A program made the position numbers and the translations under genes. A DNA stretch of 64,000 bases from assembly GCA_964589445.1 (NCBI GenBank), contig CAZPQX010000003.1, positions 42,133 through 106,132 on the forward strand, given 5' to 3'. Position 1 is the stretch's first letter; each line of letters opens with the position of its first letter. Below are positions 47,425 through 56,347 of the stretch, piece after piece. The notes under the pieces were generated by a model. The model was given only the letters and a program-made list of their open reading frames with translations. It had not been told where the DNA came from and made no database searches. Origin of the DNA: an uncultured Candidatus Saccharibacteria bacterium (lineage in GTDB: Bacteria > Patescibacteriota > Minisyncoccia > Phycocordibacterales > WO2-35-19).

Positions 47425-49572
47425 TTACCACTTTTCTATAATCAACATATCCTTTCTTTCTGGTAATAACCCCCAAATCTTTTCAGTGACGAAAGGCATA
47501 AAGGGATGCAACACTTTGAGCTGACTCTCTAGAAGTTTGAAAAGGAGAGCTTTGGCAGAATCAATATCTTTACCTTCTTTTATGCGAACTTTGCAATCCT
47601 CTAGGATTTTGTCTGCAAAAGTATGCCAGAAGTAGTGATATATCTTTTCGGCAGCAAGGTAAAATCTGTAATTTTCCATATCCAAGGTAATGTCCTCTTT
47701 TGTTTTTATAAACTCATCGAATGTTTTTTTGTCGTCTTCGTTCGTTATTTCTTTTGGGAATTCAGACCCAGTGACTGTATTTTCGATGACAAACCTAGAA
47801 GCATTCCATATCTTGTTTGCAAAATGTTTGTAGGCTTTGATTTTGTCTTCTGAGAGCTTACTATCGTTTCCTGGTGCCGTACCTATAATCAAAGACATGC
47901 GCACAGCATCTGAGCCAAATTTTTTGCCCATTTCAACAGGGTCTATGTTGTTGCCGAGGGACTTGGATATTTTTCTACCTTGCCCATCTCTTACTAGTCC
48001 ATGCAAGTAAACTGTCTTGAAAGGTACTTCTCCAAGATGGAACTGACTCATCAAGACCATCCTGGCTACCCAAAAGAATAGTATGTCGTATCCTGTTTCT
48101 ATTATTGTGGTAGGGTGGAAATTCTTAAGATCTTGTGTTTCTTCTGGCCAGCCAAGAGTCGAGAAAGTCCAAAGGGCACTCGAAAACCAAGTGTCGAGTA
48201 CATCTTCGTCTTGTATCCAGCCATCTTCTTTTGGTGCCTCAAGTCCACAATATATTTTTGTGTCTTTGTACCATATCGGAATTCTGTGACCAAACCATAT
48301 CTGTCTTGATATGCACCAAGGTCTCAGGTTTTCTATCCAATGTTGGTAAACTCTTTCAAATCGCTCAGGGAGTATCTTTATTTCTCCTTTTTCGACTGGC
48401 TCTCGCATGAGTTCTTTGAGAGTCTTGCCACCCCTGTTTGCTACAGGTTTATTTACATCTATAAACCACTGAAGTTTTGGTAGGGGCTCAATTATTCCTC
48501 TTGTTCTTTCTGCGACTGAAAGATTTTGTTTTATCTTTTCTTCTTTTATGAGTAAGTTATTCTCTTTTATCCATTCAACAACCTTCTCCCTTGCTTCTGT
48601 AGTTTTTAGTCCTGAAAGCAGATGGCCTGCAGAATCCATCATTCTAGCTTTTTCGTTTATGACTTGGATTTTAGGAAGACCATTACTTTCTGCTATATCC
48701 CAGTCGGTGTGACTATGAGACGGGGTAACGCCTAGTGCGCCAGTGCCAAAATCTTTTTCTACATTTTTATCAGAAACAATTTTTATTTTTAGCCTTACCC
48801 CAGCAAACTCTCCATCAAACTCTTTGCCAATAAAATCTTGGTAGCGGGAGTCTTCTGGATGGACAGCTACAGCTGTGTCACCAACTTTGGTTTCGGGTCT
48901 TGTGCTTGAAATCGCAATGGGGAAGTCTTCCCAGTATTTGAATGTATAAAGAGTTGAATCTCTTTCTTCGTACTCTATTTCATCATCAGAAATAACAGTC
49001 TGCCCCTTTGGGTCCCAGTTTACTATTCTGTTATCTCTGTAGATAAGTCCTGCTTCGTACATGCGGGTGAAAGCAGTCAGCACCGCCTTGTACCTCTTGT
49101 CATCCATGGTGTAGGCATAGCGGCTCCAATCGACTGAAGCGCCTATGCCCCGAACTTGATTTAAGATTGTTGACTTACTTTCTTCTGCAAATTGATCTAT
49201 CCTTTTTAACAACTCCTCTCTTCCAAGATCATATCTGCTTTTGCCTTCTTTTTTCTGAATTTCTTTCTCTACTTTTGATTGGGTAGCTATGGCCGCAGAA
49301 TCGGTCCCTGGTATCCATAATGTTCTTTTTCCTTGCATGCGTGCATGGCGGGTGAGTATGTCTTCTATGACTAGCATGAGGGCACTACCCATATGTAGGT
49401 TGCCAGTAACATTTGGAGGGGGGAGTACCATCGAGAAGGCGTCCGCGTCACTTTTGGTGGCACCTTTTTCTACACAAACATCTGGGTTGAAGTAGCCTGA
49501 GTCTTCCCATTTTTTATAAATAGCTTCCTCTGATGAGGAGGGGTCGTATGGTTTTGTTAATTCTTCGTTCAT
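47425..49572 (-). CDS. valS: Valine--tRNA ligase (short form)
   Basis: PPPNVTGNLHMG, WCISRQIWFGH, DVLDTWFSS, KISKS, LHPFMPFVTE. Confidence 0.95.
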   Translation of the reverse strand: MNEELTKPYDPSSSEEAIYKKWEDSGYFNPDVCVEKGATKSDADAFSMVLPPPNVTGNLHMGSALMLVIEDILTRHARMQGKRTLWIPGTDSAAIATQSKVEKEIQKKEGKSRYDLGREELLKRIDQFAEESKSTILNQVRGIGASVDWSRYAYTMDDKRYKAVLTAFTRMYEAGLIYRDNRIVNWDPKGQTVISDDEIEYEERDSTLYTFKYWEDFPIAISSTRPETKVGDTAVAVHPEDSRYQDFIGKEFDGEFAGVRLKIKIVSDKNVEKDFGTGALGVTPSHSHTDWDIAESNGLPKIQVINEKARMMDSAGHLLSGLKTTEAREKVVEWIKENNLLIKEEKIKQNLSVAERTRGIIEPLPKLQWFIDVNKPVANRGGKTLKELMREPVEKGEIKILPERFERVYQHWIENLRPWCISRQIWFGHRIPIWYKDTKIYCGLEAPKEDGWIQDEDVLDTWFSSALWTFSTLGWPEETQDLKNFHPTTIIETGYDILFFWVARMVLMSQFHLGEVPFKTVYLHGLVRDGQGRKISKSLGNNIDPVEMGKKFGSDAVRMSLIIGTAPGNDSKLSEDKIKAYKHFANKIWNASRFVIENTVTGSEFPKEITNEDDKKTFDEFIKTKEDITLDMENYRFYLAAEKIYHYFWHTFADKILEDCKVRIKEGKDIDSAKALLFKLLESQLKVLHPFMPFVTEKIWGLLPERKDMLIIEKW

Positions 49573-49914
49573 CTTGTTAGGTTATAGTTGAAATCATACA
49601 TCAAAAAAGTATTTTTACTAAATTTGTTCTTTTGGATGTTCTTTGAGACAAAAAGTTAGTTCTTTGTAAAAGACATAATTATTTAGTCTTTTTGTCCTTT
49701 ATTGTAAAAAGTCATCAAATAATGAATTTATGGGTGCCATAAAAGACATTATTTTGTATAAAAGACTTTGTTATTAAAAAATGGCTATAAATATGATTAA
49801 TTTAATATAGGCAATAAGATTGATAGTGATAGTTACTATTGACTTTTCTCGTTATTTATGTAAATCTATGTAGGTTAATTTATATTAGTAATTATTAAAT
49901 TTAAAAGTAAAGTT

Positions 49915-52860
49915 ATGTCTTCTAGAAACACATTATTGAATAAAATCCTTTCCTTCGCGTTTTTGATAACGATGGTACTCCCATCTTCTTTTGCGCCTGT
50001 AAGCGTCCTTGCATCACAAGATCAGGGCGGTCAGTGCGTGACAGAAATAGTGAGCGATTCACAAACTCTTGTGAATGGTGCAGCTTCTGTAGCGACTTAT
50101 GATGAGCATGTTGATTGGACAGCATCCATCCCTGGAGCAACTTGGATATGGTCAACCTATAAAGTTGAAGATCCTCTAGTTGTAACCACAAAGACTTTCG
50201 CTAGACAGTTCAATCTTGCTTCAGGTAGTGTCGCAGACTCTATACTGACTATCGCTGCTGACAACTCATTCAAAGTCTTGGTTAACGGTACTGAAGTTGC
50301 TTCAGAACAAACGGGAGATAGTTTCTTTGAAACAAACAAGAAGACATATAATGTATCTTCATATTTAAACAGTGGGTCAAACACTGTAACTTTTGAAGTA
50401 ACAAATTTAACTCATCCTCAGGCATTAACTCCTGAGACAAATCCAGCAGGTCTTCTTTACAGCCTCAGAGTTGTACAGAACGGAAGCTGTGGTGGTGATA
50501 CTACCCCTCCTCCAGCCCAAGACCCAACGGTCAACCTCACTGCTACTCCAAGCGTGATAACAGCAGGTGAATCATCTTCTCTTGCATGGACTTCTTCAAA
50601 TGCTGATTCTTGTTCATCAACTTGGTTTGATGGCATGGGCACAGCTGGAAGCACAAATGTTTCTCCTGCTACGACTACTGACTACGTCATAAGTTGTGTG
50701 GGGAACAGCAAAACTGTTTACGCGACTACTACTGTCACTGTAAACACAAACACTGGAGGCAATGGTCCTTCTTGTACTATAGATATAGTTAGCGATGCTA
50801 CAAATACTGTTAATGGTACAGTCACACCTTCAGTTGCAACTTACAACAATCACCCAAGGTGGACAGCTTCAATCCCTGGAGCAACTTGGATATGGAAAAC
50901 TCTATTTGTAGAAAATCCTACACAAGACGAATACTATACTTTCTTAAAGCAATTTAATGTATCAGATGTTTCTAAGGTAAAGACAGCCTCTTTGGTTGTC
51001 GCAGCTGACAACTCATATACCGTAAATCTAAATGGTACCGAATTTGCTGCTGACGCTACAGAGACAAACTACTTTAACGAGGAAAAAGATACTTATGATG
51101 TAAAGAGCAGACTCATAAACGGAAACAATGCAATTTACTTCGTAGTCAAAAACTGGGCAATTGAAGGTGCCACAGCTGAGACAAATCCAGCAGGTCTTCT
51201 TTACAAACTTTCTATAACACTCGAAGGCAGTGATTGTGGTGGTAATGGCGGCACTACTACTCCTTCAGTTTCTTTAGGTGCCAATCCTTCTACGATAAAT
51301 GTAGGAGCAACATCAACTCTTTCTTGGGTCTCAACAAATACCAACTATTGTTCGGCTAGCTGGACTACTGCTACATCAACTTCAGGATCAATGGTAGTTT
51401 CTCCTGCTACTACTACTGACTATGCGATATCTTGTGGGGGCAACTACGGCACAACTACAGCGACAACTACTGTCATTGTAAACAGTAATAACAATGGCGG
51501 GGGCAGCCCAACTCCATCAGTCACTCTTACTGCAAACCCTCAATCTATAGCTCCGGGCGCCACATCAACTCTTGTTTGGAATTCTTCAAATACAAATTAT
51601 TGTACAGCTGGCTGGACTAATGCGACTTCAACCTCAGGTTCTTTTGTGGTCACTCCTGGCGTAACTACTGATTACTCAATATCTTGTGGTGGTACTTATG
51701 GCACAACTACAGCTACAACTACTGTGACTGTAACTACAGGAGGTGGCAACGGAGGCAGCCCAACTCCTTCTATTACTCTTACTGCAAACCCAACTTCAGT
51801 AACACCTGGCGCAAGCTCAACTCTTTCTTGGGTCTCAAATAATACAAATTACTGTACAGCAGCGTGGACTACCGCTACATCAACTTCTGGTTCTATGGAA
51901 GTGTCTCTAACATCAACAACTGATTACTCAATATCTTGTGGTGGTAATTATGGCACAACTACAGCTACAACTACTGTGACTGTAAACACCGATAACAATG
52001 GTGGCGGAAACGGCGGAGGTGGAAATGGTGGTGGCAATGGTGGTGGCGGAAGCAATATTGGTGGCAGAAGGAGAGATATTTCTAACCTATTGGCTCCTCA
52101 AGGAGAAGTGCTTGGCGCAACATCATGTTCTTATCTTAGAGATCACCTTAAGATGGGATGGAACAATGATAGTGTTGAAATGCTTAAACTCAAGTCATTC
52201 CTAAATGTCTTTGAGAAAGAAAACTTGTCACTAGATTCAAACTTTGATCAGGCAACATTTGACGCTGTATCAAGATTCCAAAACAAATACTTCGCTGAAG
52301 TCTTGGCTCCTTGGGGTCACACTGCTCCGACTGGATTTGTGTACATCACAACAAAGAAGAAAATAAACGAGATTTATTGTAACGCAGCATTCCCTCTTAC
52401 TTCTGCTGAAGCTGAAGAGATAGTAGCTTTCAAGGCTATGATCGAAGGAGGTTATTTCGGAAGTTCTTCTGATGGTTCACATTCTGATATCTTGAGCGGT
52501 CTTTATGACGACGAAGTGGTAGTGGGTGCAAATACTGAAGATGATGTAAGCAATACAAGCACTACTTCGACAAGCACAAGCCCTGTCTCTGTAGTAAAAA
52601 ACATGGCGGTTTCTCTCTTCTCTATACCTGATGGTTTGCAAGACTTCTTCAGTAACTCAAGAAATGTAATATTCGCAATAATAGCTCTTATAGTACTTTC
52701 AGTAGTAGCAAGGATGTTCCTCTACAGTGGTGATGAAAACGAAGAGCTTGTCTCAGAATCATCAAGTGTCTCTAGTTCAAACACTGGTGCAGCTTCTACT
52801 ATGAAAGATGATTCTCCTGTCATAGTCCTTCCTGGAGAAAACAAAGAAAACAAAGCCTAA
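49915..52860 (+). CDS. Large repetitive surface protein
   Basis: Signal peptide, two SIPGATWIW/AADN/NPAGLLY beta-sandwich repeats, four Ig/PKD-like repeats, Gly-Asn linker, PG-binding-like domain, C-terminal TM. Confidence 0.85.
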   Translation: MSSRNTLLNKILSFAFLITMVLPSSFAPVSVLASQDQGGQCVTEIVSDSQTLVNGAASVATYDEHVDWTASIPGATWIWSTYKVEDPLVVTTKTFARQFNLASGSVADSILTIAADNSFKVLVNGTEVASEQTGDSFFETNKKTYNVSSYLNSGSNTVTFEVTNLTHPQALTPETNPAGLLYSLRVVQNGSCGGDTTPPPAQDPTVNLTATPSVITAGESSSLAWTSSNADSCSSTWFDGMGTAGSTNVSPATTTDYVISCVGNSKTVYATTTVTVNTNTGGNGPSCTIDIVSDATNTVNGTVTPSVATYNNHPRWTASIPGATWIWKTLFVENPTQDEYYTFLKQFNVSDVSKVKTASLVVAADNSYTVNLNGTEFAADATETNYFNEEKDTYDVKSRLINGNNAIYFVVKNWAIEGATAETNPAGLLYKLSITLEGSDCGGNGGTTTPSVSLGANPSTINVGATSTLSWVSTNTNYCSASWTTATSTSGSMVVSPATTTDYAISCGGNYGTTTATTTVIVNSNNNGGGSPTPSVTLTANPQSIAPGATSTLVWNSSNTNYCTAGWTNATSTSGSFVVTPGVTTDYSISCGGTYGTTTATTTVTVTTGGGNGGSPTPSITLTANPTSVTPGASSTLSWVSNNTNYCTAAWTTATSTSGSMEVSLTSTTDYSISCGGNYGTTTATTTVTVNTDNNGGGNGGGGNGGGNGGGGSNIGGRRRDISNLLAPQGEVLGATSCSYLRDHLKMGWNNDSVEMLKLKSFLNVFEKENLSLDSNFDQATFDAVSRFQNKYFAEVLAPWGHTAPTGFVYITTKKKINEIYCNAAFPLTSAEAEEIVAFKAMIEGGYFGSSSDGSHSDILSGLYDDEVVVGANTEDDVSNTSTTSTSTSPVSVVKNMAVSLFSIPDGLQDFFSNSRNVIFAIIALIVLSVVARMFLYSGDENEELVSESSSVSSSNTGAASTMKDDSPVIVLPGENKENKA

Positions 52861-54138
52861 TTATTGTATCGAAAGATTGCCGTTAGCTTCGAGGTCTCTA
52901 GACTTCGATTGTAGAAAATCAATATAGCCAGAGATCGCTATCATTGTGGCGTTGTCTGTAGTCAAAATATTTTCGGGTATCATTAAATTGAGGTCATGAT
53001 AAATGTCCTTTAGAAGAGAGAGGTCTTCTCGCAGCTTCTTGTTGGCTATCACTCCTCCTCCTACTATCAAACTTTTTGGATTGTATTTTTCTATTGCATC
53101 TTTTGTCTTGGAAACAAGAGTTTCTATAGCGGCGTCTTCAAATTCTCTTGCGACGGCCATTTTGAGATTGTTATCAAAAACAAAATCATCTCTAGTAACC
53201 GGGGTATTTTCCTGCTGAAAAATCCCCTCCTTCTCCCGCCAGTCGCGGTCCGAAAGTTGCTCTCGACGATTTTCTTTTTGATAACTAACCCTTTTATCTC
53301 CAGGCTCGTTCGAAGAACTATTTCGTAAATTCCTCACATAATACAAAACTGCTGTCTTGAGTCCTGAAAAAGAGAAATTCAAATCACCCGAATGCATCAT
53401 CGGCCGTGGGAATTTGGTGTCGAGGGAAATATTTTTCTCTCTCGCCTCGGCTGCGAGTTTCGATATTTGTGGGCCACCAGGGTAGGGAAGGCCGAGGAGG
53501 CGAGCCACTTTATCAAAAGCTTCACCTACTGCATCGTCTTTGGTTTCGCCCACCTTTTCTTTCTCTTGCCAATTTTTAATATATACAAGCTCTGTGTGTC
53601 CGCCGCTCACGAGGAGTGCGATAGCGGGGAATTCTAATTTTGATTCATTTTTGCCAAGCAAAACAGAAGCGATGTGTCCTTCCATGTGATTGGCCCCGAT
53701 CACTTTGACTCCAAGTTTTTCTCCGAGTTCTTTGGCAAAGTCTATACCAGTCCAAAGAGCTGGCTCGAGCCCTGGGCCTACCGTCACCGCTATCAAATCA
53801 ATTTTTATTTCTGGAAGGTTTTCAAAAAATTCTTTCCAAAATTCTTTTGCTTGTGAATTCGGTATTTTTTCATTTAGAGTTTCTTTAGAAACGGGAAATT
53901 CAAAATCAGAAACTAAACCCGCTTCCGTTAATGCTTTTATTAAAACCAATGGAAGGTTCCGGATGTGTTCTCTTTTTGCTATGTTGGGCACCACGCCGCC
54001 GAATGGCTCGTGGTCTTTTATTTGTGAATGCACCACATGCGAGAGTGTTTTAAAGATAGGATTTTCTAAATCCCCATTTGCTTCAACTATGCTTATGGCT
54101 GTCTCGTCGCAGCTTGTCTCGATACCAAGTATGATCAT
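52861..54138 (-). CDS. tsaD: tRNA N6-threonylcarbamoyladenosine synthesis protein TsaD
   Basis: ILGIETSCDET, HMEGH, SGGHT, DDAVGEAFDK, FSFSGLKT, TDNA. Confidence 0.95.
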   Translation of the reverse strand: MIILGIETSCDETAISIVEANGDLENPIFKTLSHVVHSQIKDHEPFGGVVPNIAKREHIRNLPLVLIKALTEAGLVSDFEFPVSKETLNEKIPNSQAKEFWKEFFENLPEIKIDLIAVTVGPGLEPALWTGIDFAKELGEKLGVKVIGANHMEGHIASVLLGKNESKLEFPAIALLVSGGHTELVYIKNWQEKEKVGETKDDAVGEAFDKVARLLGLPYPGGPQISKLAAEAREKNISLDTKFPRPMMHSGDLNFSFSGLKTAVLYYVRNLRNSSSNEPGDKRVSYQKENRREQLSDRDWREKEGIFQQENTPVTRDDFVFDNNLKMAVAREFEDAAIETLVSKTKDAIEKYNPKSLIVGGGVIANKKLREDLSLLKDIYHDLNLMIPENILTTDNATMIAISGYIDFLQSKSRDLEANGNLSIQ

Positions 54139-54155
54139 AAATTTGAATTTAAAGT

Positions 54156-54248
54156 TTATCTAGAAAATTTGACACTTCTCGCCCCGTGTAGTTCCGCGTA
54201 GCGGGACGAAATGGGGTCGCAGCTTGTTTCTATACCTAAAATAATCAT
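54156..54248 (-). pseudogene. Duplicated 5' fragment of tsaD (MIILGIETSCD) broken by a palindromic insert
   Basis: First 11 codons encode the same peptide as tsaD with different synonymous codons. Confidence 0.85.
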
Positions 54249-54354
54249 TGCAGGGATTATAGCAGAGAATTTTGGTTTTTCCTTTGCCTTGCCTAACTAT
54301 TGGAACATCGCGTCGTTTTTATATTGACATAATGGGTTAAAGGGTGTATAATAT

Positions 54355-54642
54355 ATGAGTAATACTTCCATCAAAGTTTTCTTTGCGAAGAATGTTTTGA
54401 TGGGATTTTTCCCAAGAAGGAGTTCTTTCGTGGATACTCAAATCAGCTTTGAGGCGAGACGACCGATAAAGATTTTTGCTGGCATTCTGCAATGGGCTAG
54501 CCTGATCGTTGTCCTTGCAGGCATCCTCAACATCTTCGTCCCATTCGGATTCCCGGGCTGGGCGATGTATACAGGAATGGCCGGCTACTTTATTGGCATG
54601 CTCGGTGGTATGAATGTGACCTTGTTCCGCCGGCATCGGTAG
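54355..54642 (+). CDS. Small two-TM membrane protein
   Basis: TTGACA-17-TATAAT promoter, GC-richer codons, terminator near 54668-54695. Confidence 0.6.
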   Translation: MSNTSIKVFFAKNVLMGFFPRRSSFVDTQISFEARRPIKIFAGILQWASLIVVLAGILNIFVPFGFPGWAMYTGMAGYFIGMLGGMNVTLFRRHR

Positions 54643-54759
54643 TTTGTTGCCATCCGCCCACACAAGGACAAAATCCGGTGGAGGGCGGATTTTGTTTTAT
54701 TAAAAAAACGGTGACTATTGTACTAGATAGAGTGGTGTAATTTTTGTGATCACAAGTCA

Positions 54760-54949
54760 CTACCGGGAATTTTTCCTTCGACTCAAAAGTTTTTCAGTCA
54801 AAAACTTTTGGTCTAGGCACCAGCTCGCGGCCGGACTTGTGCTCAAGTCCGGACTTCGTCCGCTCCGCTGTTCAAATCCCTAACAAAGCATCTGCTTTGT
54901 TTAGCGTCACAAAATTAAAAATCCCAATTTCTTGGGATTTTTAATTTTG
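54760..54949 (-). mobile_element. tRNA-Glu-associated non-autonomous palindromic element
   Basis: Contains an inverted copy of the tRNA 3' end and T loop, several hairpins, and an end motif 27/32 identical to 1021-1052 followed by a direct copy of CCCGGTAG. Confidence 0.6.
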
Positions 54950-55023
54950 TGACGCTACCGGGATTTGAACCCGGGTACCAAGCTTGAAAAGCTTGTGTCC
55001 TAACCAGGCTAGACGATAGCGCC
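54950..55023 (-). tRNA. tRNA-Glu(TTC)
   Basis: GGCGCTA/TAGCGTC acceptor, CAAGC-TTTTCAA-GCTTG anticodon arm, CCGGG-TTCAAAT-CCCGG T arm. Confidence 0.95.
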
Positions 55024-55138
55024 TTTTAAGCTCTTGCGAGCCAGGTAAAATATAACATTTTTTACTAAAAATGCAAAAAATGTTAGGCTAGGAAATGTCT
55101 GGTAGAAAGATGGCTATTTTAAAGCTATATTCTACAAA

Positions 55139-55223
55139 GGAGGGTTGGCAGAGTGGTCTAATGCGCCGCACTCGAAACGCGGTTTGGGGCAACCCATCAC
55201 AGGTTCAAATCCTGTACCCTCCG
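55139..55223 (+). tRNA. tRNA-Ser(CGA)
   Basis: GGAGGGT/ACCCTCC acceptor, CTCGAAA loop, long variable arm, ACAGG-TTCAAAT-CCTGT. Confidence 0.93.
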
Positions 55224-55440
55224 CTTGAGCTTCGCGAAAGCGGAGGCTGTCTAGCTTTTGGAACAAAAGCGTAAGACGGATTTGAAGAGCTTTTGAGCTA
55301 AAATTGATTTTAAGAAAATTTTAGCCAAAAGGTGTACTGAAACTGTAAGTTTCAAATCCTGTACCCTCCGCAAAATAAGGAACGAAGTGACTATATTTTG
55401 CGAGAGTCCTGAGCAAAGCGAAGGGCAACCCGCAAAATAG
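55224..55440 (+). mobile_element. tRNA-Ser-associated palindromic elements with 21-bp tRNA 3'-end duplication
   Basis: TTCAAATCCTGTACCCTCCGC at 55204-55224 and 55351-55371, inverted pieces at 55238-55246 and 55278-55286, REP-like element at 55369-55426. Confidence 0.7.
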
Positions 55441-55461
55441 TGAATAAAATTTTATAAAAAC

Positions 55462-56232
55462 ATGGTTAAGGTTGAGACGACAAAAAATAATTTTATAAAC
55501 CCAGAGACTGGCAAGATTTCTATCGCTGCTGCATATGGTGAAAATCTAGGGCTGATGCTCGCAGCCAAAATATCTGAAGTATATAAAAAATTTAAGACTA
55601 GAGAATTTGTCCAAAGCATCAAAAATGAAGTCGGGGGCAAAACTTATACAGAAAGAGTCGAAATATTTGCTGATCTTTTAAAAAAGTATTTGCCCGAAAA
55701 ATACGATGAGGCGATCCAAATACTTATGCAAATCATGGGTCCAGAAAATGAAAAAGAGACGGGCATGTTCACCAACTTTTATTGGCTTTTGCCAGTCGGT
55801 AAATTTATCCAAAAATATGGATTAGAAAATTTCACTCTTTCTATTAAGGCAATTGAGGAGCTGACAAAAAGAAATACAGGTGAGTACGCGATACGACCAT
55901 TTGCGCGCAAATATCCATCCAAAATTTTGGCTGTCTGTACGGGGTGGGCTAAATCCAAAAATTTCCATTTGCGACGCTTGGCTTCAGAAGGTTTGCGACC
56001 CAAACTTCCTTGGGCGACGAAGCTCAATATCTGGAACTCCGACCCTCGGCCAATCTTTGAAATACTCGAAATTTTAAAAGAAGACGAAGTCAAGTTCGTC
56101 AAAAAGTCAGTCGCAAATCATCTCCGTGATTGGACGAAGGTAAATCCTGAAATAGCACAAAAAATAATTAGTCGCTGGTCAAAATCAAAAAACGAACACA
56201 CAAAGTGGATTTTGAAACACGCTCAAAGATAG
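55462..56232 (+). CDS. DNA alkylation repair (AlkD-like HEAT repeat) protein
   Basis: EYAIRPF, RRLASEGLRPKLPW, VKKSVANHLRD. Confidence 0.88.
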   Translation: MVKVETTKNNFINPETGKISIAAAYGENLGLMLAAKISEVYKKFKTREFVQSIKNEVGGKTYTERVEIFADLLKKYLPEKYDEAIQILMQIMGPENEKETGMFTNFYWLLPVGKFIQKYGLENFTLSIKAIEELTKRNTGEYAIRPFARKYPSKILAVCTGWAKSKNFHLRRLASEGLRPKLPWATKLNIWNSDPRPIFEILEILKEDEVKFVKKSVANHLRDWTKVNPEIAQKIISRWSKSKNEHTKWILKHAQR

Positions 56233-56347
56233 CTTAAGGATATATTGGTATTTTAAAATTCAAAATATTTATAAATTCTATATAAAAAGAAAAGGCGCGG
56301 GTCGTGGGCCCTGATTCCCACATTCGCGTCTTTTTTGGTGCCAAACT

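Noticed and set aside
49573-49914. Replication origin
   Set aside because: AT-rich, but no DnaA-box cluster (TTATCCACA) was seen and no dnaA/dnaN is nearby
51250-52060. Tandem DNA repeats as a phase-variable or DGR locus
   Set aside because: They encode Ig/PKD-like and Gly-Asn protein repeats with ordinary divergence; no adenine-specific variation and no reverse transcriptase
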